From NCBI GenBank assembly GCA_010909165.1, contig VJWM01000044.1, positions 744,001-808,000 of the forward strand: a stretch of 64,000 bases of DNA, in the 5' to 3' direction. This document shows, one piece after another, positions 50,188 to 62,198 of this stretch (positions are counted from its first letter, which is position 1; every line of letters begins with the position of its first letter). Source of the DNA: Anthoceros angustus. Taxonomy: Eukaryota; Plantae; Anthocerotophyta. A program made the position numbers and the translations under genes. The notes beneath the pieces are model-generated. The model saw only the letters and a program-made list of their open reading frames with translations, did no database searches and had not been told where the DNA came from.

Positions 50188-53100
50188 ATCCTGGTCATTC
50201 GTGGCGAAGGGCGGCGCCAATACCGAGCGGTGGAGGTGAGAAGCCGGTGGCATGGGGACCAAGAGTCTTGCTAAGACTCAGAGCCCAGCATCTCTTAGAG
50301 GGAGGGGAAGTGAGTAACATTCTCCCCGAACTCTTGCAGCCAAACTTCATGGAACTTCAAATTTCGTTCACGTAAAATCTTCTCAGTAATTTGGTATTTA
50401 ATCTGTCCTTTTTCGGCACGAAAGCGTGCGCTCGGGATTAGCGAAACACCTGTACACGATGGTTATGTCGGCTACACATCCCGTGTTTTTGGTAATGGAG
50501 CAAACGTATGCTGTAAGTCACAGAATGAGACGGTTGGTCATTCAGGAGTTGATATACAAAAGCTTTTAGTCCATATCTAACTTCTGATTCGGCTTCGGGG
50601 TGCCTATCTTTAAATTTGGAGGTCTTAGCTACTTCAATTACATCATCCTTCCTCAACAACAAGAACAACAAACTTTATTTATGTCCGCTAAAGGTGGAAG
50701 GACCATTATGGGACAGAGATAGTACATTGTAAAAGAGGTAAAAAGTATAGCGCACATACGTACGTCTGAATTAGAGAGGAAATAATTAAGATAGATAAGA
50801 GAAAAAAGAGGCAAAAGTTATAAAAGATGAAAAAAGAGGCAAAGTTATAAAAGCTTAGGGAAATGAAATTATAAGAAAAGGAGAAACTAGCACACTAAAA
50901 AAGAAGAATGTATTGAGCCCGAATGTTAGCATAAGCGGGGCAATAGAATATGAAATGTATTTCACATTCAGGGTCTCGGGAGCAGAGCTTGCATTTAATA
51001 CGTTTTTCTCAAGGAGGGATGGGCTTCAGCTAATGCCACCGATCAGTCTCAATGCGGAGGTGATGGGAGCTAACACGGAATATTGGCCAATAAGCGTAGG
51101 AGTTTGAAGAAGAGAGGAGAACTGAGGAAGCATGAGAGTGTGTTGGGAAACTAAAAGGAGGATTGACTCGAAACTCCTTCTTGTAAAAACAGAGTCCAGG
51201 CTTGAGAGGAGGGGTGGATAAAATAGGGCACCAAGCGAGACAAAGGTATCTCAATTTGAGGCCTGAAGGCAAGAAGGTAGTAAGGGGAAGGGCTCGGGTT
51301 GGCAATATCAAGGAGATGAAGATGGTATAGGAAAGATAATAGACAAAAAAAGCTTTTAAATATACAGGGAAAGGCGACAAATTCATGAAAGAGGATAAAT
51401 AAGGGATCGAGCGTAAGCTCAATTAAAAGAGCTTGTACTTTCTAGGATACAAAGCTTCCTTCTGTTGACGTACACCTCAAACTGTCTTGCGCCGATGGTC
51501 GATGGCCACATAGGGGCATCGGCCATCGCGTGCGGTGCCAAACGATAGGGGAGGCATGGGGATGGACACTCGAACTTTGACATGCCATGGATGGATGATG
51601 CAAGCAAAGCCTCACTCCCTGCACACGCGCGCACATTATTAACGATCACAGGATTAGATCTTTTTCAATTGCTTTCATGCTTTTCAGTAGCATGTCAGTG
51701 TTGTTCGCCTCAAATTGAGGAAACGAGCCTTCCACTCCAAGGTGGTTCAAAGGATGAGGAAAGCACTCCTAAATACAATGGCGCAGTGAGCTTTGTCGAC
51801 TTCGATGTGAAAGCCACATCAATCCCCAAAAAGAACTTTGGTATCTCATTTTTAGGTTTCTTTTTCGCCTCAACTCGTATCCTCACTGTGCCTTCCATCC
51901 CTCTGTTTGCTCGTAATTAGACTCGGATATTGACATGTGCAGGTCGGGTGCAGGCAATGTGCAGCTTGTCCCTTTACACTTGCCTGGGATCCATAATTCA
52001 TCATTATTTAATTACCTAAACTATGACCTCGCAGTGTGCACTTTGACAAAACTCTTGAAGGGGCCCGTTGCCCTACTTAGTCGCACCATGGAGGAAGCAA
52101 TTCGCATTTACTCAACAGCTGGTGGAGAAGAATCCATACTACACAGCACAGAGATCACAAGGGAGTTGGACGATAATGTTCTACCTGGAAGTGCCAGAGA
52201 TTAAGCGAAAGCCGCATGAAAGTGACCTAAATCGGTCGCATGGAGTAAAGAGGCTTCAACAACACTCATTGAAGCCTATAACACCATAATTTTTCAAGGG
52301 GGGGAATAAACCCGATGGGGGTTTTTCTCGAATAACCCCTGAAGAGGGGTTTTCATGGGTCCGAAAGCACGGTTTTTCCCCCATCTCCTGAAAAAACTCG
52401 AAAAAGAAGGGTGCGACCTGACGACCTCACTTCTTTCTATCAATCACTGTCTCCGCCGAATGGTGTTCGCGATCCCTATTCTCTCTGTTTAGGGCAAATT
52501 TAGACCCTTTATGATGACCCTTTCTGCCGGGTAGGCAATACCGTCAACTGGCTAGTGGTCAGAAAATACAAGTGACGAAGGATATTGCAAAACCCACGGA
52601 CAGCTTATATCCGAAATACGTGAACGTGATCTACAACTACATGTGGAATGCTGTGGTACTAGAACAGGTGAACCGTCATACAAGAACGGGACCACATCAA
52701 AGCAGCGCCGAGGGTGTCGGCCAGCCGGCGTACTTGGCACTACGTAGTGTGTGTATGGCAGTAGTTGCCTCAACTCTTGCACGAGAAAGATGCACATCTC
52801 GTCCCTGCGATGGGGGTCAGGGTATGTGACATGACGTAGAAGGGTTCCTCTCAACATGTGAAACCCGAAAGACAATGATTGCCTGACAGTGGCCCGGTCT
52901 TTTTCACTAAGGCCCGTTTCACAAGCCCGGTACATTTTTAGCGCATGTCAGTGACATGTGGCGCGTGTCAGCGCCACGGTGGGCAATGTATACCACCCCT
53001 GGCATGGCCACGGTGGGGGTTTTCCTCGTTCCTCGTTTCACAAGACGGGTATATTTTTTCATATGTGGTCCCACGCTCTTTCACATGGACCCACCATTTT

Positions 53101-53231
53101 ACCCATAGAGGTGTATATAAGGCTCTAGCTTATGCGGTCAAAGGCGTTTCATTTGCTTCTTTTTCTCATAGGTGTGGAGGTTGGAGGTTGGAGCTTGGAT
53201 TTTGAGTGGAGGGCTTCACTTAGGGTTTATC

Positions 53232-54431
53232 ATGGATCCCCATGAACAGAACTTGTGGTGTGTTTTTCTGATGGGCATCATGTTGTATATGGCGTTAGAA
53301 GCTACTTCACATTCTTTGCTTTTGAATTTACAAGCTAGTATTTCTACTACCGTTCATATGTTGCAATACAATGAGGCAGGCACTAGCAGGGGTTCACATG
53401 CACATAGGCGTAGCCGGCGTCATTGGGTCATTCAACGTTCTCAAATGTTCTGCCACAGCAGCCTTATGGGGACATACACTGCAGAGTTGTTCAAGAACAG
53501 GATGCGTGTAAGTAGACCTACCTTTGACTTCATTTGTATGAAGTTGGCATCTATACTTCAAAAACAAGATAGAATTACTAGAGATGCAGTCCCAGTGGAT
53601 GCTCGAGTATCCATTAGTTTAATGCGCTTGGCTGGTGGGGATAGGTTGTCCACTATTGCTGACCTGTACGGGTATGGTACATCTACTGTTCAAGGTATCG
53701 TATTACAATTTTGCAATGCTCTTAGGGATATCTTGCATGATGTGTATATCCAATGGCCATCCAGAAGTAAGATGGAGATGTATGCAACTGAGTTTGAGGC
53801 ATTGAGAGGAATTCCTTATGTTATAGGAGCAGTAGATGGTAGCCATATTCCTATCATAGCACCAAAAGAGTACCATGCTGACTATTATTGTAGGAAGGGG
53901 TTTCATAGTTGCTTGCTTCAATTAGTAGTGAATGCAAAAGGAATGGTTTGGGATTATGATTTCGGTTGGGCAAGTAGCATGAATGATTGGAACTTGTGGG
54001 AGCGGTCGAAAATTGGAAAGAGATGTGCAGCATGTATGCTAGATGAGTTTGCCTTAGTGGGAGATGCAGGTTATTGGCCTCGAGTACATCTATTAACTCC
54101 ATTCCGTGGGCATAAAGATGGATTTACACCGGAGAAAGCCAATTGGAATTTTATTCAATCTAGTACTCGGATGGTGGTGGAAAGGACATACGACATGCTG
54201 AAAAGTAGGTTTCGTATTTTGCTAAAAAGAAATGATATGAAGTTGAAAAATGTGCCTTGTGTTGTTAGTGCATGCCTAGTATTGCATAACATGTGTGTGG
54301 AGCGTAATGATGGCTTTGAGGATGAATGGTTCAATCAAGCTACTCTTGAACTTCAAAGCCCGCTTCTAGCAATCATCGCGGACTCCACTGCAACAAGAAG
54401 CTTCAAGGGCAGCTGTAGAGACTTTGTATGA
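53232..54431 (+). CDS. Harbinger DDE transposase (HARBI1/DDE_Tnp_4 family)
   Basis: FKNRMRVSRPTF, HTH region LAGGDRLSTIADLYG, GAVDGSHI, YYCRKGFHS, MNDW, LVGDAGY, RMVVERT, ACLVLHNMC. The C-terminus may continue by frameshift into 54424-54720. Confidence 0.92.
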   Translation: MDPHEQNLWCVFLMGIMLYMALEATSHSLLLNLQASISTTVHMLQYNEAGTSRGSHAHRRSRRHWVIQRSQMFCHSSLMGTYTAELFKNRMRVSRPTFDFICMKLASILQKQDRITRDAVPVDARVSISLMRLAGGDRLSTIADLYGYGTSTVQGIVLQFCNALRDILHDVYIQWPSRSKMEMYATEFEALRGIPYVIGAVDGSHIPIIAPKEYHADYYCRKGFHSCLLQLVVNAKGMVWDYDFGWASSMNDWNLWERSKIGKRCAACMLDEFALVGDAGYWPRVHLLTPFRGHKDGFTPEKANWNFIQSSTRMVVERTYDMLKSRFRILLKRNDMKLKNVPCVVSACLVLHNMCVERNDGFEDEWFNQATLELQSPLLAIIADSTATRSFKGSCRDFV

Positions 54432-54749
54432 AATCAACAATGCATATAATAAGCATGGGCAAAGACGAAATATGGTGAATGTGGAAGACCATGCCGATGG
54501 TGGAGACCAAAACCCATATGCAAGGGCTGGTTATAGACAAGGTGTGGCACGTCGGAGGGCTTTAGCCAAAAGCTTGTATGAATTGCGCTTGAAAAGACGG
54601 GCAAACGAGGTTTTGGGTCCAGAGTCTGAGACGGAGAACAAGGTGAACAATAAAACTAAAACACTTAAATTTCCAAAACCAGCCCTTGGCTCAAAGTCCG
54701 AGACCGAAGGTGAACAATAGAAACTAGAAATGCAAATTCTACCAAAACT

Positions 54750-55760
54750 AGCTCATGTGTTCTGCTTTGTGCATCAAGTATGTTGCCAAGTTGCCAAGTG
54801 TGTCGTTCATGGATTGGAGTAAAGTCAACCGCTTCAACGCCTTGTACTCTTGTAATAAACATTCGTGTGCTTGGCCATCTGTTCCATAGTTGCCGCCTTG
54901 GGTCTCCCTTTCTTGCCTTGTTCTCTTTTGGCCACATGTTAGCAGGCTTGACCATCCGATTCTGGTGTATGGGCTCACCATCCGTGGTGGCTCAGTTCAC
55001 TCTCCAAACCATCGTGACATCCAAAAAGTAGAGCCCATGGTAGAGTCCACAGAGCCCCCGGCGTAGCAAATGTCCTAGGAAGGAGCCATGTGCATGGCAA
55101 TTGACCACGTGACGCTTACCATGGTATTCATCCATGAGATCAAAAACTTACATTTATCGACCTTCCATGCCCACTTGTCTTGTTCTCGCTTTGTCCTTCC
55201 CGTAATCCTTCATAAGGCTCTTGTGCTTGACGACATGCCTCGTAATCCTTGTCGAACCGGCAGACCGCACACAATCTGCAGAGCTTGTTCCACGTCGATA
55301 CCTTGCTTGGGTGCTTTGTTGAAATCCTCCTCCATAGAACCCCTAAGGTGGATCAAGTGGATGGTATGGTGTTCATCCATTGTGGACCCTTCCACCACTT
55401 GTCCTTGAACTGATCCTCCCTTCAAGTTCCAAGTGTTTTTGCTTTTCCCCACGCTTCTTTGACCTGTGCTGTCCGTGAAATTGGAACCTCATGACCGGTT
55501 TCTAGGTCAATGACATTGCAAGCTGCTTTGAAACCGAGCCTAGCATGACACTTCCAAGCAGAGGCATTGAGAATGCTTGCCGCTCATGAGGGAGCATCCT
55601 TGTGATATTTGTTGATTTGGAGGTTGGCTCCACGTGAGAGGACTGCTCAAAGTTGTAGCTTTGAACCGCCGACTCCCGAGCCAAATAGATAACTTGAAAA
55701 GTTTGGGAAGGCTGCCTTTTGTAGTGAAGACTCACCACCATGACCTTGTTGCCCAGCCAT
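54750..55760 (-). pseudogene. Frameshifted Harbinger ORF1 (Myb/SANT trihelix DNA-binding protein)
   Basis: Across frames at ~55390-55160: DEHHTIHLIHLRGSMEEDFNKAPKQG / WNKLCRL..DKDYEACR / SLMKDYGKDKAR, which fits a trihelix pattern; position convergent to the transposase is typical. Confidence 0.65.
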
Positions 55761-55994
55761 AGCCAAACCTAAAAGCCTAGAAACCTGCCAAACCTGTTGA
55801 GACAGAGAGCTTGTTATGTCAAGCCGAGGTCAACCAAAAACTTTAGAGAGCCCGTTGTGCCATCCAAAAATTCGATTGCCACTGAATACCTTGGAATTAC
55901 CTCACAGCAAGGCTGCGAGCGCGTGGCGACGATGGGCAGATCCCTCCACACGGCACACGAAGTCAAGGACGCTCTTCGAGCACTCTTCGCGCTC

Positions 55995-56162
55995 AACGGC
56001 GGCATTCTCCTCCACGGCTCAATGGCGGCACTCTCCTCGCGGCTCAACGGCGGCACTCTCCTCTGCGGCTCAAAGGCGGGCACTCTCCTCTGCGGCTCAA
56101 AGGCGGGCACTCTCCTCTGCGGCTCAAAGCGGGCACTCTCCTCTGCGGCTCAAAGCGGGCAC
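55995..56162. repeat. 26-27-bp tandem repeat (~6 units) inside the Harbinger element
   Basis: Units ggcactctcctctgcggctcaaa(g)gcg. Confidence 0.85.
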
Positions 56163-56819
56163 TTTCTCCGGCCCGCCTCGAGAGCGGCCTTCATACCTTG
56201 GGCGTGTTCGTGCTAGTTTTGTAAGCGCCCTTTCGCATGTTGGATAACATCACAAAAAAAACTCATAAAAATAAGAATTGACCTGCTATGCCATTGGTCC
56301 ATGCAGGGTACATAATATGTCAGAAAACACCGGCGGACTTGCCCGGTGTTTTCGACATCGAAAACACCGCCGTGGCATCCACGTAAGGGCTGTGGTGGGT
56401 TATTTAGTCCTTGTGAACCGGGTACAAATTGACCCTCCAATCATATGAGGTGTGTCAGGATTTATACCAGGCTTGTGAAACGGGCCTAACAAACGGTAAT
56501 GCCCAACGGTCAGAGCAGCTTCCTCCCTAACTGCATGTTATTACATATGACCACTGGTACACAGGAGCAATGGGCGCAAGCCGGCCGGCGCCCAATTTTC
56601 TTGTCGGTCGCTGCAGTGGAGAGGCACAACCATCCAAGTAAACCCTAAACTCTAAAACCATAAACTAAACCAACACGATTGACTTTCGTCCCCCCTTCTC
56701 CCACCGTGAGCCGTATGTTACTCATCCCTAGAGTTGACACCTTCGTCATCACTGGGCCTTGCTTCTCCAGCATTGTCATCACTATCTTTGGCACTTTGAC
56801 TAGCAGGTTGTATGAAACC

Positions 56820-57480
56820 TCACAATTTGCCTAACTTATTTTTTATCGCCTTTTTGTCCACCACATACAAATATTTCCGTGAGTTCAACACGAACCCATA
56901 GTATAGGATGATAGTTTCATGCACAAACACCTCCTGTATGTTTTTGGGGTAATAGGCCTTATTTCCTTTCTTCGGGTGTACCATACCAGATTGGTTCCCA
57001 CTTCCACGGACTATGTATTCCTGCACATATCTGCCTTCATATGCATCTGTGTGTTCGGTCCGATACCAGTGGATAAGAAAGTGAGGGCGGGGTGCATCCA
57101 ACTTCACATTAGTGACCTCCCCAATCCAAAATGGTCTGTAACGTGTGTCCGTGGTGCAAGGCACCCCCAGAAACACCCCCTTTCGTATTTCTGTTATATC
57201 GCCATTCAATCGTGCCATTTCACGCTGTTGCCTCCCGAGGTTTTGATATGCCCCCACGTACATATCACGTTGTGGGAGGTCCCTCAATAATGCTTCCTCT
57301 AGCAAAGCTTCATCAGGTACTTCAAGGCTGGTCATGTTTCATCGTCGGAAAACCAATTCCAAGGACGCTGCAAAATGAGGCCGATGTGGTTCTTCACAAT
57401 AACAGCGATCTCTTTCTGGTCCACCCAAAAGTCTTCCCACCATTGGTATTCTTCAGCTGTGACATATGGTCGTAGTCCTC
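56820..57480 (-). pseudogene. TE-like ORF remnant with SH3/Tudor-like C-terminal domain
   Basis: RPFWIGEVTNV..FLIHWY..ILYYGFVLNSRKYL is a beta-barrel-like pattern; the upstream frame (EEYQWWEDFW) is broken; TE context. Confidence 0.4.
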
Positions 57481-58658
57481 AGTCAACACTTTCACCTCTG
57501 GCGATGGTGTGTACTATATTAACAAGCCTTCCTAAGGTTTTTATTAAAACCAACCACACATGAAGTTAAAATTGAGCTATGCAGCAGAGCCAGATCTGAT
57601 ATAAACCATGACAAATATTAGCTTTACACTTACGTTATTCATAGTGAAATATAGTCCCAAAATATCACCAGTAATTCTGGAATCACAGGCCGCCCCTATT
57701 TTCCAGTCACCAAGCTACCTCAACAATCTCGAACTATCCAGACTCTGGAAGGCGGACAATGTACTCGCAGGCGCTTGCTGATACACAACCTCACCCTAAA
57801 TGCCCTAACGACGACATCTAGGGTGAGATTGTGGGCCCCGGCAACCGGCGGTCGAAAGCATGTAGTGTGCAACGGACGGATGCCTGTAGAAGTCGAAACC
57901 AAAAAACCAGTCTTGACTAGGACACGTCGACGGTGGTCAGAGGCACCGTGGCTCCACCACCGGTGCCGTATGTAAAACCACCCCTAACACAGCGATTTTC
58001 TGGCACTTCATTAAAGCTAACTGCACTCAGGGCGCAGTGAACTTGTCGTCTCCGATGTGAAAGCCAAATGAGACTTCAACGCCATAAGCTTTCCCCCATA
58101 AGAAGCTAACTGCACTTTGCATGGAGCTTGTTGTCTTCGATGTGAAAGCCAAATGATACTTCAGCGAGTGAGCCTTCCCGCGTGTTGCATGGCTCACAGT
58201 GTCAGGGATGAACTATTGGATGAGGCTCTGGCCCGGGCGACAATGCTGCCGCAAATCCTCAACTCCAGAATCCTCTGACATGTGTTGCGGAATTGCTCAA
58301 CTTGTTTTCCAGTTAAGGTGCAAGATCTTTCAGTTTCCCGCATCCTTGTGCTCGCAACCCCGGCGCCACTTTAAGGTTGCAAGACGCGCTCTCAGCTCCA
58401 GCGGGGCCCGCGAGAACCACGTGGTCAAGCCACATGCGAGCTTACCACAATGCTGTGCAAGGTAAGAGACCTGCAGGCGGGAAAATTGGCGCAATGGCAG
58501 GCTCCCGACCGCACGGAAATGGTGGCCACAGGAGTCAGGCACTTTTCTTTCATCAGACACACGCACGCCTGTTGGTGGAGGAGGGGAACTCGCCTCTTGG
58601 ACTGCTGGCTCTTCGAGGCAGACAGGTCTTGGATTGTCAGCTCGTAGCCATGCGCACA

Positions 58659-61600
58659 CTATCGTCCACACTTGCTGTTCGAAGTTCCCTTCTTCGAGGA
58701 GAAGTTGAGGGATCTGCGCACAAGGCTTACAGTGCCGACTCTCCCACTCGCTGGGCCACGACTTGCGTCGGCCTTCGGCAGAGAGCTCGCACGTTTCTTC
58801 GCACAGGCTGGCTTACTACCCACCGGCACAAAGACTGCGATAACCTGCAAAGCATGGCACATACGTACTATGAAACTTACTCCGGGCCCTCGCTTCTTGA
58901 GCAAGAGCTGAATCTGGGCAGCAACATGAAACCCACAGATGCGGACGTACCTCACACTCTGGGTCGACTTCCACGCAATCGTCCGCCTCCCCAGCTTTGT
59001 CTTGCGCTTTATTCCATGGCTGGAATGCCCCTGGTAGCATGGAATGCTGCAGAAAAACACCTCCGTGAGTCGAGCTCTATCAGAACTGTGATCATGGACT
59101 GTCAGGGAGTGTTAAGACAATCGGAAAGAGGGCACAGCAGACATACCTGAAGCCAGAAGAAAAAGCCTCGCAGCAAGGCCAGTTGTTCTGCCATGTCTCT
59201 AGCGGATGACAGTTTCTCAGAAAGTCCTGGATAATCCAGAAGCCAGTCAGTACCACGGCGAAGGTTGCGGACTGGTACGTATGCTATGTTTCAACCACGC
59301 TCACCTGGGTAATGATCGAGGTATGAAAACCCTTTCTCTGTTGTCCTGCAAACGACAACCCTTTGTCGCATTTGGCGTACCTTTTCCTTGGGCTTCCTGC
59401 GCTTCGCCAGGTCCATTCTGTCGAGTAGCTCTTGCTCATTGAATGGCTCATTCAGAAACGCATCAAGCTTCTCCTGAAACTCATTGCCTTTCTGACCAAA
59501 GGGCCACCGTTTTTCTTCAGACGGCTCAGGGACCGATAGCTAGAAACGCACATACTCACGGATCAGAAAGGTGCACCAGCATGAAAATTAGGAAACGGAG
59601 GGAAGCTGCGATGCAAACCTTAGCTACTCCTTCCCTAACCCTCTTTTTGGAAGGGGTGGGTTTCCACTGATCTAAGCTCCCTCTGCTCCTCGTGATTCGA
59701 CGAAGCTGCCTTTTCACAGCTGGTGACGTCAAGCTGCCAACCTTGTTTCCATCCTTCTTTTCAGGCTCCGAATCACTCAAACAGATAACATTCCTTTCAG
59801 TCGTGGTGGGTGTGTCAAAATACCCACAATCACAATAGTCTCCAGAGTCCTCTTCCTCCAGTATAACACCACCTCCTCCCGAGCAACCAGGCGTAGCAGC
59901 TGCCGTTTCCTCTGAACATAGACCAGAAATTTGTGACATATCTCCAACATCTGCTTCGCCGACCTGCTGCGAAGCCATTACCTCAAGAAATTCCTCAAAA
60001 CCAGTTCTGTCCTCCTCCATTCCCACTGGCTCAAAACCAGAACCGAATCCGATTTCCGCATGCATGCCTCTCCCATTCGTAGAACTCGTTTTCTGAACCA
60101 TTCCATCCTGGACGGACAATGCTATTTCTGATATTCCTTTTTTGGAGGAGCGAATATCTGCCACTGGACCAGTCACTGCGGCAGGTACGTCTTCTCCTAG
60201 CTCCAACTTCGCCACTTCGAGCTCGTGGGCTAGTAGTCCACAGCTAGGCCTCGGATCCTCACCAACTTGCTGTGTCCCGGCTGCATCAAACAAAACCTCC
60301 TCTACCTCGAACTTCACATCCTCGTAACTCCAAGCTAGTGCTGAGCCAACAGTAGCATTTGAATCCTCTACATCACTAACGCTGGGTGTTGGGTCCTCAC
60401 TAACGCTGGGCGTCGAGTCCTCACAGACTCGATACGTTCCGGCCCCATCGAGGACATCATCGACAATCTCCGACTTCACGGTCTTGAGAATCTGACATCC
60501 AGGTGGCGCACCAGCAGCACTAGAATGAGCTCCAACATGACCATCGGATTTGGGTCCCCCCGAGGCTCGACCTGCTTCGCCAACTGTGACATCCTCAGCT
60601 CCCGCCATTTTCAGAGTTCCGAAACTCCAATCTGCAGCTGTTGCCGCAACAGGGGCATCCTCAGCTGCCTCCACCTTCACAGCGTTAAAACTCCAACCCC
60701 CAGTTCCAGCGGCAGCAGGGACATCCGCCGCTGCTCCCAAGCTCACATTGTCCGCTGTTCCAGCCACCTCCATCTCTACCCTCACACTTCCGACTCTGCA
60801 ATTCGCAGCCGGGCCTGGGCCCTCACCGGGTGGCAAACGTGCTCGAAGAGACGAGCGCTCCAAAACCGCCTCAAATCCGGAATGTTCCAACAAATCAGGC
60901 GGGCTCATACTCATCATACCACCGCGTTCCCACCGGAAGGCCTCAAAGACCAACCCACCGCGAGCTTCCCCGCAGGTTCCCAAATCCCCACACCCAGCAT
61001 ATTCACCCTCCCCCTCTTCCTGCTCCTGCTCCTGCCCCAGGCTCCCAGCCCCCCCATCCGAGGTCCAGCCGCGGCCTCGCTTCCGCGCAGCCAGCGCGTC
61101 CTGCCCCTCGCCCGTCACCTGGTTCACCAGATAGTCATGCACGTTGGTGAAGCCGTGGCTCTTGGCTTCGTGTATGAGGAGGCCTGTGGGCTCCAACCCT
61201 TGGGCCTTGCGACAAGGCCCACAATTGCAGCTGCAAACACCACCCCACCACCCGTAAGCAGCAGCAGCAGGAATTGGAGAAGGAAAGCAGCACCCAGCGG
61301 TAGCTCACTTCACCCACCAATTCTTGCAGCCAGGCCCGCAGCCGCCGCGGCACTTGGGGCAGACCCACAGCACCTGGGGCGCCGTTTCCGCGTCCGCGGC
61401 CTCGCCATTGCGGTTCATGAGACACCGCCAACAGTACTTGACGGAGCAGCAGGGCCTGGAGCAGCGCACATGCCTGTCCACCGTCTTCTGCCGGCACCAG
61501 TGACAGGTTTCCCCGAGAACGGAATCATATATTTTGTTGTGCCTGACAAAACGTCCCGGGTTGCTCTGTCTTCTCTTCTTCGGCCGCGGGCTCTCCTCCA

Positions 61601-61835
61601 AGACCAGGACTCCCTCGCCGCTGCTCCTCCTCCTCCTCCCCCCCCTCTTCCCCTTACTCTTGCCAAAACTCCCGCCGTCACCCACAATGCCTGGGCTCAA
61701 AGCAGCAGTCCCGCCCACCTCCTCTCTCTCTTCCTCCTTCCCTTCCTCCTTCCCTTCCTCCTTCTGTTTCTCCTTCACCTGCTCGTCGTCCGGCCCGCCC
61801 TCGCGCCCAGCCAGGGACTTCAATACTGCGCCCAT
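58659..61835 (-). CDS. zf-4CXXC_R1 (CDCA7-type) zinc-finger protein fused to a plant C-terminal 'LLRGFFFWLQ' domain
   Basis: IYDSVLGETCHWCRQKT..CSRPCC..YCWRCLMNRNGE..WVCPKCRG..|CNCGPCRKAQGLEPTGLLIHEAKSHGFTNVHDYL. Exon to 59619 splices in phase to LSVPEP..EFQEKLDAFLNEPF..SYLDHYP|GLSEKL..LALLRGFFFWLQ|HSMLPGAFQPW; last exon ends at 58659. Confidence 0.85.
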
Positions 61836-62118
61836 CGCGAAGGGGCCTCAGCACACCATCACCCGCTCCTTTGAGGAGACACGAGCCCTGTAGCCGCGCG
61901 AGAGGCCTTCCTGAGTCAGGCTGCGCAATGGCTGAGAGCTCCTCAAGCAATGGCTGCAGCGATTGCCGCAATTTCGCAAAAGGAAGAGCAGCTGCGAGAG
62001 CTCTCCATCCACACCTCGAGCGTAGAGCTCCCGGGTCAGGCCATCTGAAGTTGACGAGCACACAGACAGAGCCGTTGCGACTGCGACGGTAACCCGACGA
62101 GTTTAGCAGGGGAATTGT

Positions 62119-62198
62119 GAAATCCAGAAATCCTGAAATCCAGAAATCCAGAAATCCAGAAATCCAGAAATCCTGAAATCCTGAAATCCAGAAATCCA
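62119..62198. repeat. Octamer tandem repeat (GAAATCCW)x10
   Basis: Ten contiguous gaaatcca/gaaatcct units ~280 bp upstream of the zf-4CXXC gene ATG. Confidence 0.95.

Larger units (their letters stand above)
52911..56486 (+). mobile_element. Full-length PIF/Harbinger DNA transposon (3,576 bp)
   Basis: TIRs GGCCCGTTTCACAAGCC (17 bp perfect, 24 bp with 2 mismatches) starting at 52911 and ending at 56486; TAA TSD at 52908-52910 and 56487-56489; encloses a transposase and a convergent Myb-like ORF. Confidence 0.96.

Noticed and set aside
50192-50210. Primer-binding site after the candidate LTR (tggtcattcg..)
   Set aside because: Only a loose resemblance to a tRNA 3' end, and no gag/pol follows.
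56640-56672. Interstitial telomere repeat
   Set aside because: Only one exact AAACCCT plus degenerate copies; too short to call.
60525-61874. 449-aa + strand ORF
   Set aside because: Antisense shadow of the GC-rich zf-4CXXC gene.
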